A DNA stretch of 63,941 bases, the filler included, from Diploschistes diacapsis (lineage: Eukaryota), in the NCBI GenBank assembly GCA_023645945.1. It is 4 parts of 4 records of this genome, joined end to end, with 100 filler letters (N's around TTAATTAATTAA, not from the genome) between each part and the next. Parts side by side here need not be neighbours in the genome. Positions count along the whole stretch, not along the records: positions 1 to 16,053 come from JALAIB010000524.1; 3 more parts are not named here. One strand, given 5' to 3'. This document shows, piece after piece, positions 1 through 12,030 of the stretch (positions are counted from its first letter, which is position 1; each line of letters opens with the position of its first letter). Under the pieces are notes generated by a model, which was given only the letters and a program-made list of their open reading frames with translations, ran no database searches and was not told the DNA's origin. The translations under genes and the position numbers were made by a program.

Positions 1-3000
1 GAACCTGCCCGACCCAGAGGCTGAACACCCTCTTCACCACCTCATCGATCCCGATCTCCCCCCTCTCGCCTTCCCGACCAACCCCCTCCTCAGTACCTTC
101 CCCATCACCGCCCTCGTCTTCCGTAACGCCCTCTATCCGCAGCCTCTGCATAAAGTCATCAACAACAGCCAGCTCCAAAGCCTGCAGCTTGCGCTTCCAC
201 CCCATGCTCTCGACTTCGAGCCCGAGATACTCCGCGCAGGGGCTTGTGGGCTTGAGGCGGTAGAGCTGCGGGTGGCGCTGGGCGCGGATGTAGATGGCTC
301 GTAGGCGGTTGTAGTGGGTGGTATTGAAGGGGAGGTGTTTGGTGAAGAGGGCGGAGGTGGACCACTTGTCCTGTGGATGCGGGGATGCAGAGAAGGTTGC
401 TTGGTTAAGGTTCTGAGTGTGTTCGCTGCTGGTGAAGATGTTGAAGGTGCTTGATGCTGCTTGTAAGAGGGGGATGGAGGAGAGAGCGTCGAGCCATGAT
501 GTATGGTGAGTGGACGAGGGATTTTCGACATGTTGGTGGGAGGGCTGCTGTTGCGATGGAAGGACTAATGAGGGTTTTGGAGGGACTGTTGCCTGTTTGG
601 GCCTTTCTGGCCCGTCTTCTCGCCGTACGTTTGTTCGTGTGTTAGTAGAACTTGTACGTGCTAAACTAGCCTGGCCCAAGGCTTTGCGCTGCTTCTTTGC
701 AGGTACAAGCTTCTCTGGACTATCTTCCATCCTTGCTCTTTTTGTGCCCTTGGTGGCAGAAGTAAGGACTTGGCTCGGCTGTGAATCCTCAGCAGCAAGC
801 ATGTCGTTGGTGAAATTGGTGAGACCCGTGAAATTGGGATTCTGATGTCGACTCTGTTTTCGTGGAGATGGCGTCGAATAGCGGGCCATACCACTTCGAT
901 TCAAAAGACTGTTAGTGTCCCCTTGATGCGATTGAACGGAGGAAGCTTCTTCTCCTTGATCTTGTTGCTCTATGCCTATGTTATAGCGCCAAGGGCTGGG
1001 TAGCTGGGCACTTCTAGGCCCGGCCCGAATGGATGCCGTGAAATCTTGAGAGTTGTTCTGGGAGTTTGGAGCCGACTTTGCCTCCGTCTGCCAGATGTCT
1101 GTGTCATCTCTTCTGAGCGGTTGGTTCCGAGGAGAAGCTTCGTCCTCGCTATAATACTGATCCGCGAAGTGTATAGTCGGATCATCAGAGTTTATTACCT
1201 TAACTTGGCTTGAATTGGCCGCCTCAATCTGTTTACTGACCGCTTGCCTCCTCAGTTCAGAGCTCGTTGGGCTCGGTGCACTTGCAGCCTTTCCCATGTT
1301 GTTACCTTTTGTAAGATGTTCGAAGCTCCCGTCTAGGCTCGTCTCGGGGCTTGGGAGCTGTTCTCGAAGTCGTAGCTGAGGATACTGTATATCGTCACAT
1401 GCCGTTTCTCGCAATGGAGATTTATTTGGATTGCTTGACTGTTGTTGACTGTTTTTGGCGAATGCTTGGAAAATATCATCTTCGCTTTCAGGCATATTCT
1501 GTGTTGTTTCTTCGTTTAGTTGTTGTCGCTTGGCCAATTCCTCGCCGAAACGTAACCCAACCCGTAGCTCTCGCCTAGTCCGTACACCGAAACCACCAAA
1601 CATGTTATTCAAGCCTGTGCTCACAGAATTATGAGCAGAGGGTGCCGGTTTCTCGGATGTTGAAATAATATTTGTTTTGGTAGAACTTGGCAAGTCGACT
1701 ATGTCTTGAAGTGCTGTACTTACTCTAGCGCTACGCGTTGCGTGGGTCATCGTGTCACGCGATTCTTCTTGGGTGTTTGAAGAGCTTTCTCGTGCCAGCG
1801 GCTTAATGGGCGGGAGAGCTGGGGAGGAAAACATCTGTGACGCAGTTGTTCGCTTGAGGTCAATGTGGAGTAGCGATGATTGATAAGCTGACAATCGATC
1901 ATCTGTCATTCTTGACGCTTCGAGGTTTCCCAAGCTTTTAGCTTGCTCCACTGAATGAGAGTATGATGGCTGCTCGCCCTTATTCTTCAAATAACGCGAA
2001 TCCGACGCCTTCCGAACATGGCCTTTCTTGGGGACAGCATTTTCGGATTCGCGTAATGCAGTACTATTGAGGCCCGACGGACCTCGAGTACCCAAGTGCT
2101 GCTGCGCCGAAGGGAGCGTAGAGAGTGACACTATGCTGAAATCCTCTCCCTCTGCTATTGAATCAAACTCCGACCCTTCCTCTGCCGCATCCGAATAGTG
2201 TGGCTTCGAAGCTTCCTGTAGGACATCTATTTGCCTGCCCTTTTGTGGACTTCTAGGTACCAGAGGCTCACACCCCTTTCGTGGTAATGATACGGGAACT
2301 GTTGTAGAGTCGCTCGGCTCAGCATTTGTAGGGTGTCGCTGACTTTGCCTGCTTGGTTTGGTACTATCGGGACCAATACTAGGATCTGTAGCGATATCGA
2401 ATACGTTATTCGATGTCTCTGCTCTTGTTGACAATGATGTAGCTGAAGGCTGCCGCAACCAACCCATATTGGAGTTGTCTTCTGTCTCGGCGCTCTTTTC
2501 GTTTCTAGCAGTCTTTGGCGTTGTGCCTTGTTTCTGACGTGTGGATTTGGGCACAGTACTCCGCTGAGAAGCATCTGACACATTACCGTTGATATCCTCT
2601 GCCGCTTTTTTCCGTCCACGGCCTGGTTTGGGTGTAGAAGGTCGCTTTGCGGGCGTTTTCGCAGGAGTTCCAGACTTGCGCGGGCGGCCTCGCCCGCGCT
2701 TCTGTGGTACAGCTATATCATCACTTTCTTTCAGTGGAACCGTTGTCGTGACCGTTCTTGCGATTTGCTTTGACGGCGAAGCAGACATTATGTTCCCACT
2801 CTTGCGACCTGGACCAGTTCCTTCGTCGTCTCTTTCTGCCTCTACTCTGACACGTATCCTCCATGGACTAACAAGGTTCTCCGCTTGTGCGATTGCCTTC
2901 GAAGGAGATTTACTTCGTGCGATAGTACCGGTAGGTGTATCAAGGTAGAAGTCTTGCAACTGGTATGTTCCTGCGGCTTGCTTGATCTGCTTCTTTGGAG

Positions 3001-3112
3001 TTGTGGAACGGGGGCGTTTGACGCATCTCACCGGAGATGATCGCGCATTGTTGCTAGGTTGGCCAAGGACATCCGGAGAGGATGACACCAAATCCTGGTC
3101 AAAGGTGGCCAT
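1..3112 (-). CDS. AT-hook DNA-binding protein (fungal 'AT DNA binding protein' type), 3'-truncated by window edge
   Basis: ATG at 3112 reads MATFDQDLVSSSPDVLG...SPWRIRVRVEAE...KRGRGRPRKS (AT-hook, ~2675-2702). The same frame near 1-364 gives ...THYNRLRAIY...EVVKRVFSLWVGQV. No ORF is listed in this frame, consistent with one long ORF running off the window. Not every codon was checked. Confidence 0.75.
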   Translation of the reverse strand, partial: MATFDQDLVSSSPDVLGQPSNNARSSPVRCVKRPRSTTPKKQIKQAAGTYQLQDFYLDTPTGTIARSKSPSKAIAQAENLVSPWRIRVRVEAERDDEGTGPGRKSGNIMSASPSKQIARTVTTTVPLKESDDIAVPQKRGRGRPRKSGTPAKTPAKRPSTPKPGRGRKKAAEDINGNVSDASQRSTVPKSTRQKQGTTPKTARNEKSAETEDNSNMGWLRQPSATSLSTRAETSNNVFDIATDPSIGPDSTKPSRQSQRHPTNAEPSDSTTVPVSLPRKGCEPLVPRSPQKGRQIDVLQEASKPHYSDAAEEGSEFDSIAEGEDFSIVSLSTLPSAQQHLGTRGPSGLNSTALRESENAVPKKGHVRKASDSRYLKNKGEQPSYSHSVEQAKSLGNLEASRMTDDRLSAYQSSLLHIDLKRTTASQMFSSPALPPIKPLARESSSNTQEESRDTMTHATRSARVSTALQDIVDLPSSTKTNIISTSEKPAPSAHNSVSTGLNNMFGGFGVRTRRELRVGLRFGEELAKRQQLNEETTQNMPESEDDIFQAFAKNSQQQSSNPNKSPLRETACDDIQYPQLRLREQLPSPETSLDGSFEHLTKGNNMGKAASAPSPTSSELRRQAVSKQIEAANSSQVKVINSDDPTIHFADQYYSEDEASPRNQPLRRDDTDIWQTEAKSAPNSQNNSQDFTASIRAGPRSAQLPSPWRYNIGIEQQDQGEEASSVQSHQGDTNSLLNRSGMARYSTPSPRKQSRHQNPNFTGLTNFTNDMLAAEDSQPSQVLTSATKGTKRARMEDSPEKLVPAKKQRKALGQASLARTSSTNTRTNVRREDGPERPKQATVPPKPSLVLPSQQQPSHQHVENPSSTHHTSWLDALSSIPLLQAASSTFNIFTSSEHTQNLNQATFSASPHPQDKWSTSALFTKHLPFNTTHYNRLRAIYIRAQRHPQLYRLKPTSPCAEYLGLEVESMGWKRKLQALELAVVDDFMQRLRIEGVTEDEGGDGEGTEEGVGREGERGEIGIDEVVKRVFSLWVGQV

Positions 3113-4194
3113 TCTGTAGGCTCATCGGATTAATTGATGATTGAATACACAGTTTTGGAGTGAGTATCTGGTAGTTGTCAAGGTAAACAAGGTTTCGCAA
3201 ACCCAATGCTCGGCAATGTCAACATGCCATCCGCGCTTAGCGAAGCCCTTAGTCCAGAACCTCTCTACACTAGTGCATCGCAATGGCGAATTTAGTCATA
3301 GAATTTTTTAGCAATTTCGGAAGAAGTCATAGACCATTATATATACTTTGTAGAGCAGTGGCTTTGTACGTGAAGCATAAATCTCTAGACAAAGCGAAGA
3401 TTGTGGTATATAAGAGGCAAGAGTGAGGTCAATAAGAGCTAGTTCCGCACATACAACAACCCTGGTCTGAACTTGGAACGAAAACATGGCTTCAGGAATA
3501 CCCCGTTAGTGATTCTCAAGCTTACTGTATATGATTTGACAGCTTTTTCTGCGTCAACTCTTCGTCATTATACGTGCTTTGTAACCCGCCTTTACTGCTG
3601 GAGACCTTCGCGGAGTTGGCTTGTGCACCGAATTCTACCGGATATGCAACATACGGTTTGTAGCAGAGGTCAAAAGATCCATTTGATTCCTCTGCCCTAT
3701 GGCTATGCAGGAGCAAAAGTAAACGAATCTCGTATTTTATGCCAGTGTGATCTGAACAGTTTTTAATCTTCTCGCAATATTGCCTTCAAAGGACAGCTCT
3801 TCCATCCTGCCACATGCTTCACCTGATACCAGATTTGATGACCGCTGATTTCAGCATAAACATGCAGAATCCATATGAGGACTTCACTGTCATCAGCCCT
3901 GAGCCGAGGGATTGGCCGTATATCGACGCGCCGCTAACGAGTTTGAGCAAGACCTAGCAAGCACATGCGGGAAAGATCCAGAACGCAGACCCATCGGATT
4001 GACTATCATTATTAGATCGGGATCCAGAAGTCTTAGCCCGAAGCGACAGAGGGTGTTCTCGTTGAAGGTAATGGTGGCCCAGGTGTAGAGTGTTCGCTAG
4101 CAGCAGGTTCAACCACCGTTGTCGCCCTTCCGCTTCTACTTGCAACCGTTGTCCCTTGCTGACTGGGTACTAATTATAATTAATTTAGACTCAA

Positions 4195-5277
4195 GTGGCT
4201 CTTCCGGTTCCTCTGGGAGCGTTCCCATGGGGTCGAACGCTGGGGTGCACGATGCCGAGCTTACCATCCCTAGACACCCTTGGCCGAGAGCTACGAGGAC
4301 GCAACCAGGAAAAGCCCTTGAAAGTTCCACACTTAGCTTGGAGGAACGTTGATCAGGAGCGTGAGGCGTGCACATTCAAAGAACCAGAGCACCTGCAGAA
4401 GTTGCACATCTTGAATGCACAGAGCGGACGCAGCGTCCGAGAGGAGAACCTCCCCACTACATCAACTGGCGATGTAAATGTCCTCGGAGACTAGCTAGAC
4501 ACTACTGCAGTCACTGGTGTAAGCCACAGGCATGACGACACGTTGGTAGAAGGCAGAACTCCAGATTGGGGACGAAGACGCCTTAGACTCTGCCGCATCT
4601 TCCCACATGCTAGCCCCTTCCGAATCGCTGTTTGGAATTTGGAGCTCATGTACCAATAAAGCTGATTCGTCGAAGAAGTCATTGAGTTTGATCTCGGCTC
4701 AACAGCAAGTTCGCCCCTGCTCTTGGCACCGCCGTATTAGGGAGACACGCCTGCCACGTCGACCATTGATTCCGAACGCATCGACGGCGGCGACGGGTCG
4801 ATGACGGATGTGTGAGATGCGGTAACTCTGACTGAAGATGGAAAACGTGAACAAACGGTCTCGGACGCTGCCAGCTCTGCACTTGCGCCTGTTGATGGCA
4901 CCGAAGCCACTGGAACCGCGTTGACTCCGACCTCGTCCGCAGCTTGTCGAGCCGGAGGGCGAAAGACTATCGACGTCACTATGGCTAACGGGCAATTGCT
5001 CGGATGCACTCGCTGTAACAAGCGGAGACATCCTTGCAATATGGAGTCACCATGCGACTTGTGTATGGCGAATGTCGTGTGGGCATACCGCCACTGCGCC
5101 TATAAGGCGCCGAAAAAGAGGGACGTACCGACACCGAGGGTTGGGAGCGCAGGAATGAGGGTGCAGGAGAGGAGGAGATGGACCGAGGTGGTGAAGGCGG
5201 GAGGAGGGAGATTGGGGACAGGAATCGGCCAGGAGATGGAGCCTGAACAAGCCAGGGTAATAAGAGGCCGTGAGTAG
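4195..5277 (+). pseudogene. Interrupted gene with C-terminal Zn(II)2Cys6-like cluster
   Basis: CTRC-NKRRHP-C-NMESP-CDLC-x10-C in ORF 4921-5277. The same frame upstream is S/T/D/E-rich but has stops at 4492 (TAG), 4657 (TAA), 4663 (TGA), 4738 (TAG) and 4813 (TGA). 5' end uncertain (may extend to ~3860). Confidence 0.5.
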
Positions 5278-5843
5278 GTGGCGCAGTCGAGGCCGGCAAA
5301 TCTGAGGAATATATGGGGCAGGGGCTTGTCTGTTCTTGAATCGGGGTTTGTTGACTGAGTGCTAGGTTGGTGTTGTAGTGATGATGTGGGAGTTTGGAAT
5401 TGGAGAAATCTGCTGTGCTTGCTGTGGTGCTGTGCTGGTGTGTTCCGCTTGCAGCTTATTGACCGTAGGATTTGCGTGGTAAGGCTGTGTTGTAGTAGGG
5501 TATCGGGAGAGTTGAGATTGCTAGCAACATGGCTGTTGCTGTTTGTTTTGTGGTAAATACCTGATAGAGGGTGGTATAATGTCCAGTGTAAACCACCCAC
5601 CGCGCTTAATATCGAACACATTACACTATGCTCTCAGTTCATATCGTTTGTTAACTATAACAGCGAAAGACCGAGTGAGCCGAGCAAACAATTCGAAAAT
5701 AGCCATGTATGTAGCCTGGTCAATGAGCCAAACACTGTTCAACATCCTTGCATCACCAAAAGTACTTTTTGTCTAAGGATATCTTTAATTGTCAAGGACA
5801 CAATATCCTAGAGGTCCATCCAAAGTATTGCATTGAAGTTAAC

Positions 5844-6843
5844 ATGACAAAGAAAGAGCAAAGTGTCAGTGTTGAAGATGCCACTCATCTATATGGCATG
5901 GAAAAAAACACGAGACAGGACGAGCAAAGTGTTAACGCGGAAGACGCCGCCAGATCCTATCCGGAAGATGTCACCCGATCCCATTCCGTTGAAACCGGAG
6001 CGGAAGGCATCCGCTCTGATTTAGTCATGGTAAATAGGGAAGTGAATAAAGACGGTAAGTACTGAAACTCCTTCGTACATCCCAACATCACCATCAGTAG
6101 AGGAGCCTTTTTAGGTGCTAATCGATGAAGTCCTGACAGAATTTTTAGTAGGGCCTCAACCACATCCAAGTCCTAGTAAGGAGCTCGGCACTTTGTCTGG
6201 CGATTCTGTGACCAAGGCAATAGCCGCCGAACCATCTCCTCGTACCGACGATATTCCAGAGAGCCTTAACAACCAGCAAAGAGTGAACCTCACGACCCTC
6301 TCCGGACCGACCATCTCCTCTTCCTCACATTTTGCCAGCTCACTTGCCTCTCACAGCGCCACGACAAGCAAATCCTCATCGTTAGCTGATGAATTCGCAG
6401 CCGCTTGCCCTGACATCAATCGCCCGCCACCATATCCGTGGCGTAAGCTAGAGCCCGTCAAGCTAGCCCCCTCTCTGCCGGCCTGGAAAGGTTACGAAGC
6501 GACTCGTAACCAGTTTCCATACATCCAAGTTCCCCGGGTCGGTCGTCCATTCGATGGGAGGAACCCCGAAAAGAAGCTAGCCTGTGGGAGGTGTATCCAA
6601 TGGCGTCATGCTTGCGACCTGGAGATAGGTTGCAACTACTGCAAGCTTAGCGGGATTGAGAGATGGTGTTGGTACAAATACAAGCACCCGCACAAAGAGG
6701 ATGTCGCGCCGCCACCAGCAGGAGGCTGGAAAGCAGTCTATGCTGCAGCCGGGGACAAAGGTAATCACAAACGCAAGGATGGAGAGGCTGCGGTGTCGCC
6801 CCAGATTGTTACTAAGAAGAGGAAGAGGGGCGAGACATCATAG
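5844..6843 (+). CDS. Protein with C-terminal Zn(II)2Cys6-like binuclear cluster and basic NLS-like tail
   Basis: CGRC-IQWRHA-C-DLEIG-CNYC-KLSGIERW-C fits C-x2-C-x6-C-x5-C-x2-C-x8-C; ends KKRKRGETS. ATG 5844 joins ORF 6115-6843 in frame via a plausible intron 6030-6114 (GTAAAT...TTTTTAG). Confidence 0.6.
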
Positions 6844-6849
6844 AAGGGA

Positions 6850-6876
6850 GAAGAAGAAGAAGAAGAAGAAGAAGAA
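6850..6876 (+). repeat. (GAA)9 microsatellite
   Basis: Read directly, just after the stop codon at 6843. Confidence 0.9.
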
Positions 6877-7465
6877 GGTTGCAGCTGTGCCCGGCTCGAC
6901 AATGAGAGGAGAAGAGGGGGAAGGGGAGAAGGAAAATGACGGTTGCTACATGGTGTTATCGTGCGGCGGAGATGAATTTTCCCCAACATTCGCGGTAGTC
7001 TTTTGCGAAGTGGTCATAAGTGTTTTGTTGCTATTCACATTTGCGGTGTCGCTCTGGTCTTTCTGTGGATTGACGATATTGCCGTAGGTTTTGGCTCGCT
7101 GAGTAGGTCAGGCTCCTGCTTCATTGACATGTCTATTTGTCTAGCATCTTATTAGCCTGATTCATTCCCTATGCTTCCCGGGCCTACTTTTAGTGCCAAC
7201 AATGAAATGGCTTCTGTTTGCCTAAGTGAAGCTCGTATACAAAAGTCTCTGAAGTGATGGCAATGCTGTGAAACTCAAACTACTGAATCCAATACAAATG
7301 TACTCCAGTCGCCCTCTCCAGCACTTGGTCAAGCGGCTGACATCCCGAATAACTTCGCGCCTAAACACCAATGCGTCATAAAATCTCTGCACGCTGTGGT
7401 ACCATTTTGCTAGCGCAAAGCGTCGCCGCGTAAGTCCTCATTAGTGCTACAGGACTTCCTCATGT

Positions 7466-8849
7466 TCAATCGTATGAGAACAGCACACTAATGCTCTCTC
7501 CATGATGCACGCGACGAATTGCCTGGTTTCATTAGATATGATGGTACCCCCTGAGATCATTATTCTGGAGCTCACCTCGGCAAAGACTTGGCCAACGTCC
7601 AGCATTTGAAGTTTCGGGCATCTTTTAAGGTGCTCTTGCTGTGGTACGCTATTGGTCACGACAACCTTATCCAGATCACTCTTATTGATGCGGTCAATGG
7701 CATCCCCACTGAGTATTCCATGAGTTATGAGAGCCATAACAGAAGTTGCACCTTCTCTCTTCAAGAGACGTGCAGCACGTGTAATGGTGTTGGAAGTGTC
7801 TGCGAGGTCATCGATCAAAATTGCAGTTCGGTCAGCCACATCTCCAACAAGCATCATTGTGGCATTTTGACGATCCGTAATGCGGGTGGGTCGACGTTCC
7901 TGCTTCGTTTAGTACCAATCCACAGACACTAGGTCTCCAAGCAGTATACCTTGTGAATGAGCGCAAATGCCATACCAAGTGCATCAGCAATGGCTGTTGC
8001 TCGCTTGGCACCTCCAGCATCGGGGCTGACAACAATAGCAGTCTTGTAGTCTGGCACATGATGACGAATAAAGTTCTTCAGAAGCGGCCGACCATATAGA
8101 TTGTCTACCGGAATATCGAAGAAACCCTGATACTGGGCATCGTGCAAGTCCATAGTGATTATATGATCGGCGCCAGCACACGTCAAGAGGTCGGCCACAA
8201 GAGTGCCAGCCTGCGCAACCCATTGCTTGTACCCTGGACGAGGCTGGAATTTGGTCCCACCTACCGTAGTATGGTCATTCAATGATTGGCCATTGAGAGA
8301 TTTGACAGAGTTGCTACGTTTGCGGGCTCCATTCGTGAGGTTATCTTCATTGTGGCTATTTGGGGGAGACTCGTTCATTTTGAGATTGGCAAAGCTCTTT
8401 CCCAGATCAACGCCATTGGTAAGGCCCATGGTTGGCGCAAGATCTAAGTTAGGCGTCTGGGGAGCTGTATCTAGAGTATAAGAAAAATCAGGCTGGTTGT
8501 AAACATTCGAGGCTTTCGAGAGGGGTGCTCCGGACTTGTTGTATGGAACGTCGCTTTGCTTGGAGTACGGAAACAAGGGTAAGACAGCTGTGACTTTCTT
8601 GGCAGAAGCAGTTTTGCAAGCCGAGATCGTGATCAACAACTCCATTAGGTTGTCGTTGACCTTTCCACTTCCCGATTGTATGATGTAGACGTCTTTCCCT
8701 CGCACCGACTCCCCAATCTCAACTCTGGTCTCGCCATTGGAGAATTTCGATAGGAGTACATTAGCCGGCTTGATTCCAAGGTTCCGGCAGATTGTATCGG
8801 AGAGCTCAGGGTGAGAGCTCCCTCCCAAGACGACAATGTTCCGAACCAT
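7466..8849 (-). CDS. PRS5: Ribose-phosphate pyrophosphokinase (PRPP synthetase), PRS5-like with internal insertion
   Basis: MVRNIVVLGGSSHPEL, FSNGETRVEIGESVRG, ITMDLH, VVSPDAGGAKRA, PRT motif ILIDDLADTSNT, C-term AIRRVHHGESISVLF. Introns 7900-7949 and 7523-7575. Subtype inferred from the low-complexity insert after PLFPYS. Confidence 0.9.
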
Positions 8850-9580
8850 CTTGACCCAAACCGATGTGGTTGGTTCGCTCAGGAATAACCACCAAGCTCT
8901 GAACAGTCCTTGAGTGATACCAGCTTTAGCACCAAGGAAGGTAAAAAGAAGTTATCGCTGTACTCTATGTTGTCAGAACAGACTAGTATTGACTAGGCCA
9001 AAGATCCGTTCGAAAGGGAGATCATTGTTTGATGCCGGATGAAGTGAGTAGTGCATGATTGATATCGAGGCTGGGTGAAGTGCTTTATGGATGACCAGAC
9101 CACACCAGAAAATGTTCATGCCTTTAAAGCATGGTGCTAAAAGTCGTCATTTGGCAGAATAATGTAGCGGTGACTGGAAAATTTGAGCGGGAAGCAGGAG
9201 CCGCTCACGGTCACATGACCAGTATCGAGAAATGAAAATTTAATACCTCTTTATTACCCTACTACACAACGCATCCGTCCAGTTCACAGGCTTGAAACTT
9301 CGTGTTACTTTGTTTACTTTTGCAGAGCAGGAGAGAAAGTTCTAAGTCGATCCAAAACCAAGCACACAAGTTTTACATACGCCACTTAACGCATAGTTGA
9401 CCCCTCCTGCACCAGCTTCTGTAGGTAGGCTTACAATAGGCCAGAAACCCGATTGGTGGGGCACTGTAAGCCATACATTGCAATTGCAAATCTGATTGCA
9501 CCCCACACGATCGCATAGAAGATCGCTACATAGTGCAGAGGTACCCGTCGTTCCACGTGGCATGACTCGTTGCCTTACCA

Positions 9581-11782
9581 CTAACCCTGCTGAAACTGGT
9601 TACCAAAGAAGGCCGGATTAATGAAGGCACCAGGCGGAAGATTCGCGTTGTAAGGATAAGAGGCTTGCGTCGGAGACTGCCGCTGAGGGTTTGGAGATGG
9701 TAGTGGTACTTGCGGTTGACCATAATTGGACTGCCAAGATTGCTGCGCTGATGAATAGGGGTTATGTGGAATAGCCGTCTGTGGCAAAGATTCACCTTGA
9801 AAACCTTGTAAACAAGCCTGACTTGGGACCGTATAAGCAAACTGAGGAGGCAAGGCAGAATAGGAAGGCGCATTGTTCTGGGGGGCCGGTGGACAGAATG
9901 GCTGCTGACTCGGCAGCGGTGTGAAACTTGGCGTTGATGGTAAGGAGAGGTTTGGGATTGATTGAGCTGGCTGCGATCTGTTGTTGTCGCCATATCTACG
10001 ATCTCCACGACCACGGCCCATTCCACGACCTCGCTGTTCTCTTCCTCGCGCGCCGCGAAATCCCCTTGAGTATCCCTCCTGGGGGTACTCCGCTGATATT
10101 GTGCCTGGACTCCTGAGTTCGTTGAGATTTGAAGGCCGCGTAAGGGGGGTATAGAGTTCGTCCCCAGCATTGCTGTCTTCATATTCCAACGTAGTGACGT
10201 CTGTATTGTACGGAGATTTTCTGTTTCTTCCATTGATGAACGAGTGCGGATGGCCCCTTGCAGGTCCGCCACGGGAAGTCCGTTTCTCCTGACGTTGAAG
10301 CTTTTTCATACGCTTATACTCGGCCTCGGCTTCGTCATCAGAAAATTCCATTTCATCCTCGCCAACTTCTTCGTCATGGATGTTGGATGCATCGGACCCC
10401 TTGACAGACTGAAGTGCTTTTGTGAAGACGAAAGTTGAGTGCTGAGGTACGTAGAAGACGCTACTGCCTTTGGAAAGTCCAGCAGATGCTACGCTATCAG
10501 CATTGGTAAAACGAACACTGTAGAGCGGCTCTTGTACTCTCCCCAGCGTTTCTGCTACCATACCTATGACGCTTCTATTTCCAAGACATAGCAGTGACCC
10601 TGATTCAAGGACTTGATACTCTCCAGTAATTTTCGCCTTGATCAGAACCATGTTGTCTACTGTGGCTTCGACATGCCCTAGTTCCTCAATTGACATATCC
10701 TGTGTGACATTGATATCCGGAGCTGTGACGACTTCTTCAGGCTTTTCGTTCAGAGTACGAACTTGACCACCGACACTGGCTTTGCCGTGCCCTTCTTCGT
10801 CAGAGCCTCCATCCTCCTCCATCAGGCGCCGAGCTTGTTCGACAGGATCAAGTAGTTCATAGCCTTCGTCATCGCTATCCTCTGAATCATCTTTTGATTC
10901 CGTATCAGATGTATCATCTGAGGAACTTTCGTACGGCGAAGAATCGGATTCGAACTCTGGTTGCTCGCCTGCTTCGGCTGGCTTTTGATTTTCCTCCGAT
11001 ATTATGTGCTCCGCCTTAAATGTCGAAGCCTGAGTTTCGCCAGGTGTTTCATTATTTGTTTGTTGCTCCTGTTGTTCGTCTATCAAGCTCGTGCGCACTC
11101 GATCGCTAGACTCCACATCTGTGGAATTTTTATCATCGATCAACCGTGAATTTGAAACTGTAAAGGAGCCATCTGCGGTTCCTATTTCCTTTACGGTAAG
11201 TGCTGCTCCTGAGTCGGGGAGTTGAAGTTGTGGCTCTACTTTAGCTGTAGATGGATCAGCACCTGTATATGGGTTCTCCGACGTGGAGCTATCAATGGCA
11301 CTAGATTGCTGAGTCTCGGTTTGATGGCCATCGGCCCCGTCACTAAGAAGATTTAGAGCCGTACTCTCTATGACCCCGGGCACCGGCCGTGGCTGTTCAT
11401 TTGATGTGGAAATGAGCCCACCAGTAGGTATCTCATCAAACTCGGATTTGGCCTCCACAACACAGTTTTGAATAGAATATTTCCCCTCAGGTTGGACTGG
11501 AGCATCCCCATAAGCTAATTCAACTGATAGGCTTCTGGTTTCTTCCGCTTGGGAACCTAAACCTGGTAGGGAGAAAAACGGTCTGGATGCAGGCTGGACG
11601 AGCGGGTTGGATGCAGAAACTGATACAGTAGCATCCTGATGTGATTCGTCCCGCAGAGGAGACTCATGACCATAAAAGTCGTCAAAGTCGTCAACATTGT
11701 CTTCAGTTTGCGGTGGAGCTATTGAACACTCCGGCGATAGTCGCACCTTTTTCGCAATGGGAACTGGGAATTCATTCGCCAT
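9581..11782 (-). CDS. NAF1: H/ACA snoRNP assembly factor Naf1
   Basis: 733-aa ORF with an acidic Ser/Asp tract, Gar1/Naf1 domain (VLESGSLLC...ETLGRVQEPLYSVRF...KGSDASNIHDEEV...EFSDDEAEAEYKR), RG-rich segment and Pro/Gln-rich tail. Confidence 0.92.
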   Translation of the reverse strand: MANEFPVPIAKKVRLSPECSIAPPQTEDNVDDFDDFYGHESPLRDESHQDATVSVSASNPLVQPASRPFFSLPGLGSQAEETRSLSVELAYGDAPVQPEGKYSIQNCVVEAKSEFDEIPTGGLISTSNEQPRPVPGVIESTALNLLSDGADGHQTETQQSSAIDSSTSENPYTGADPSTAKVEPQLQLPDSGAALTVKEIGTADGSFTVSNSRLIDDKNSTDVESSDRVRTSLIDEQQEQQTNNETPGETQASTFKAEHIISEENQKPAEAGEQPEFESDSSPYESSSDDTSDTESKDDSEDSDDEGYELLDPVEQARRLMEEDGGSDEEGHGKASVGGQVRTLNEKPEEVVTAPDINVTQDMSIEELGHVEATVDNMVLIKAKITGEYQVLESGSLLCLGNRSVIGMVAETLGRVQEPLYSVRFTNADSVASAGLSKGSSVFYVPQHSTFVFTKALQSVKGSDASNIHDEEVGEDEMEFSDDEAEAEYKRMKKLQRQEKRTSRGGPARGHPHSFINGRNRKSPYNTDVTTLEYEDSNAGDELYTPLTRPSNLNELRSPGTISAEYPQEGYSRGFRGARGREQRGRGMGRGRGDRRYGDNNRSQPAQSIPNLSLPSTPSFTPLPSQQPFCPPAPQNNAPSYSALPPQFAYTVPSQACLQGFQGESLPQTAIPHNPYSSAQQSWQSNYGQPQVPLPSPNPQRQSPTQASYPYNANLPPGAFINPAFFGNQFQQG

Positions 11783-12030
11783 TGCAGCCGTGTCGCATCA
11801 AATGCCTTTAATCTACACAGAGGTCGCAAACAAATAAATAGTTTATCGTAGATGGTTACCTCAAGAAAGTCCCGGTATATCAGAGATTGAAGGAAAGCCT
11901 TAAATTTTGCAGCAGGGATTACTTACGGTTTGGATGGCCCAAGCTTTTCGCAACAAGCGGCAAAACCTCACCGCCCAAATCTGTCTTGCGAATCCTTTTG
12001 AACAAATGCAAGTACCTCCCGTACTTCACA

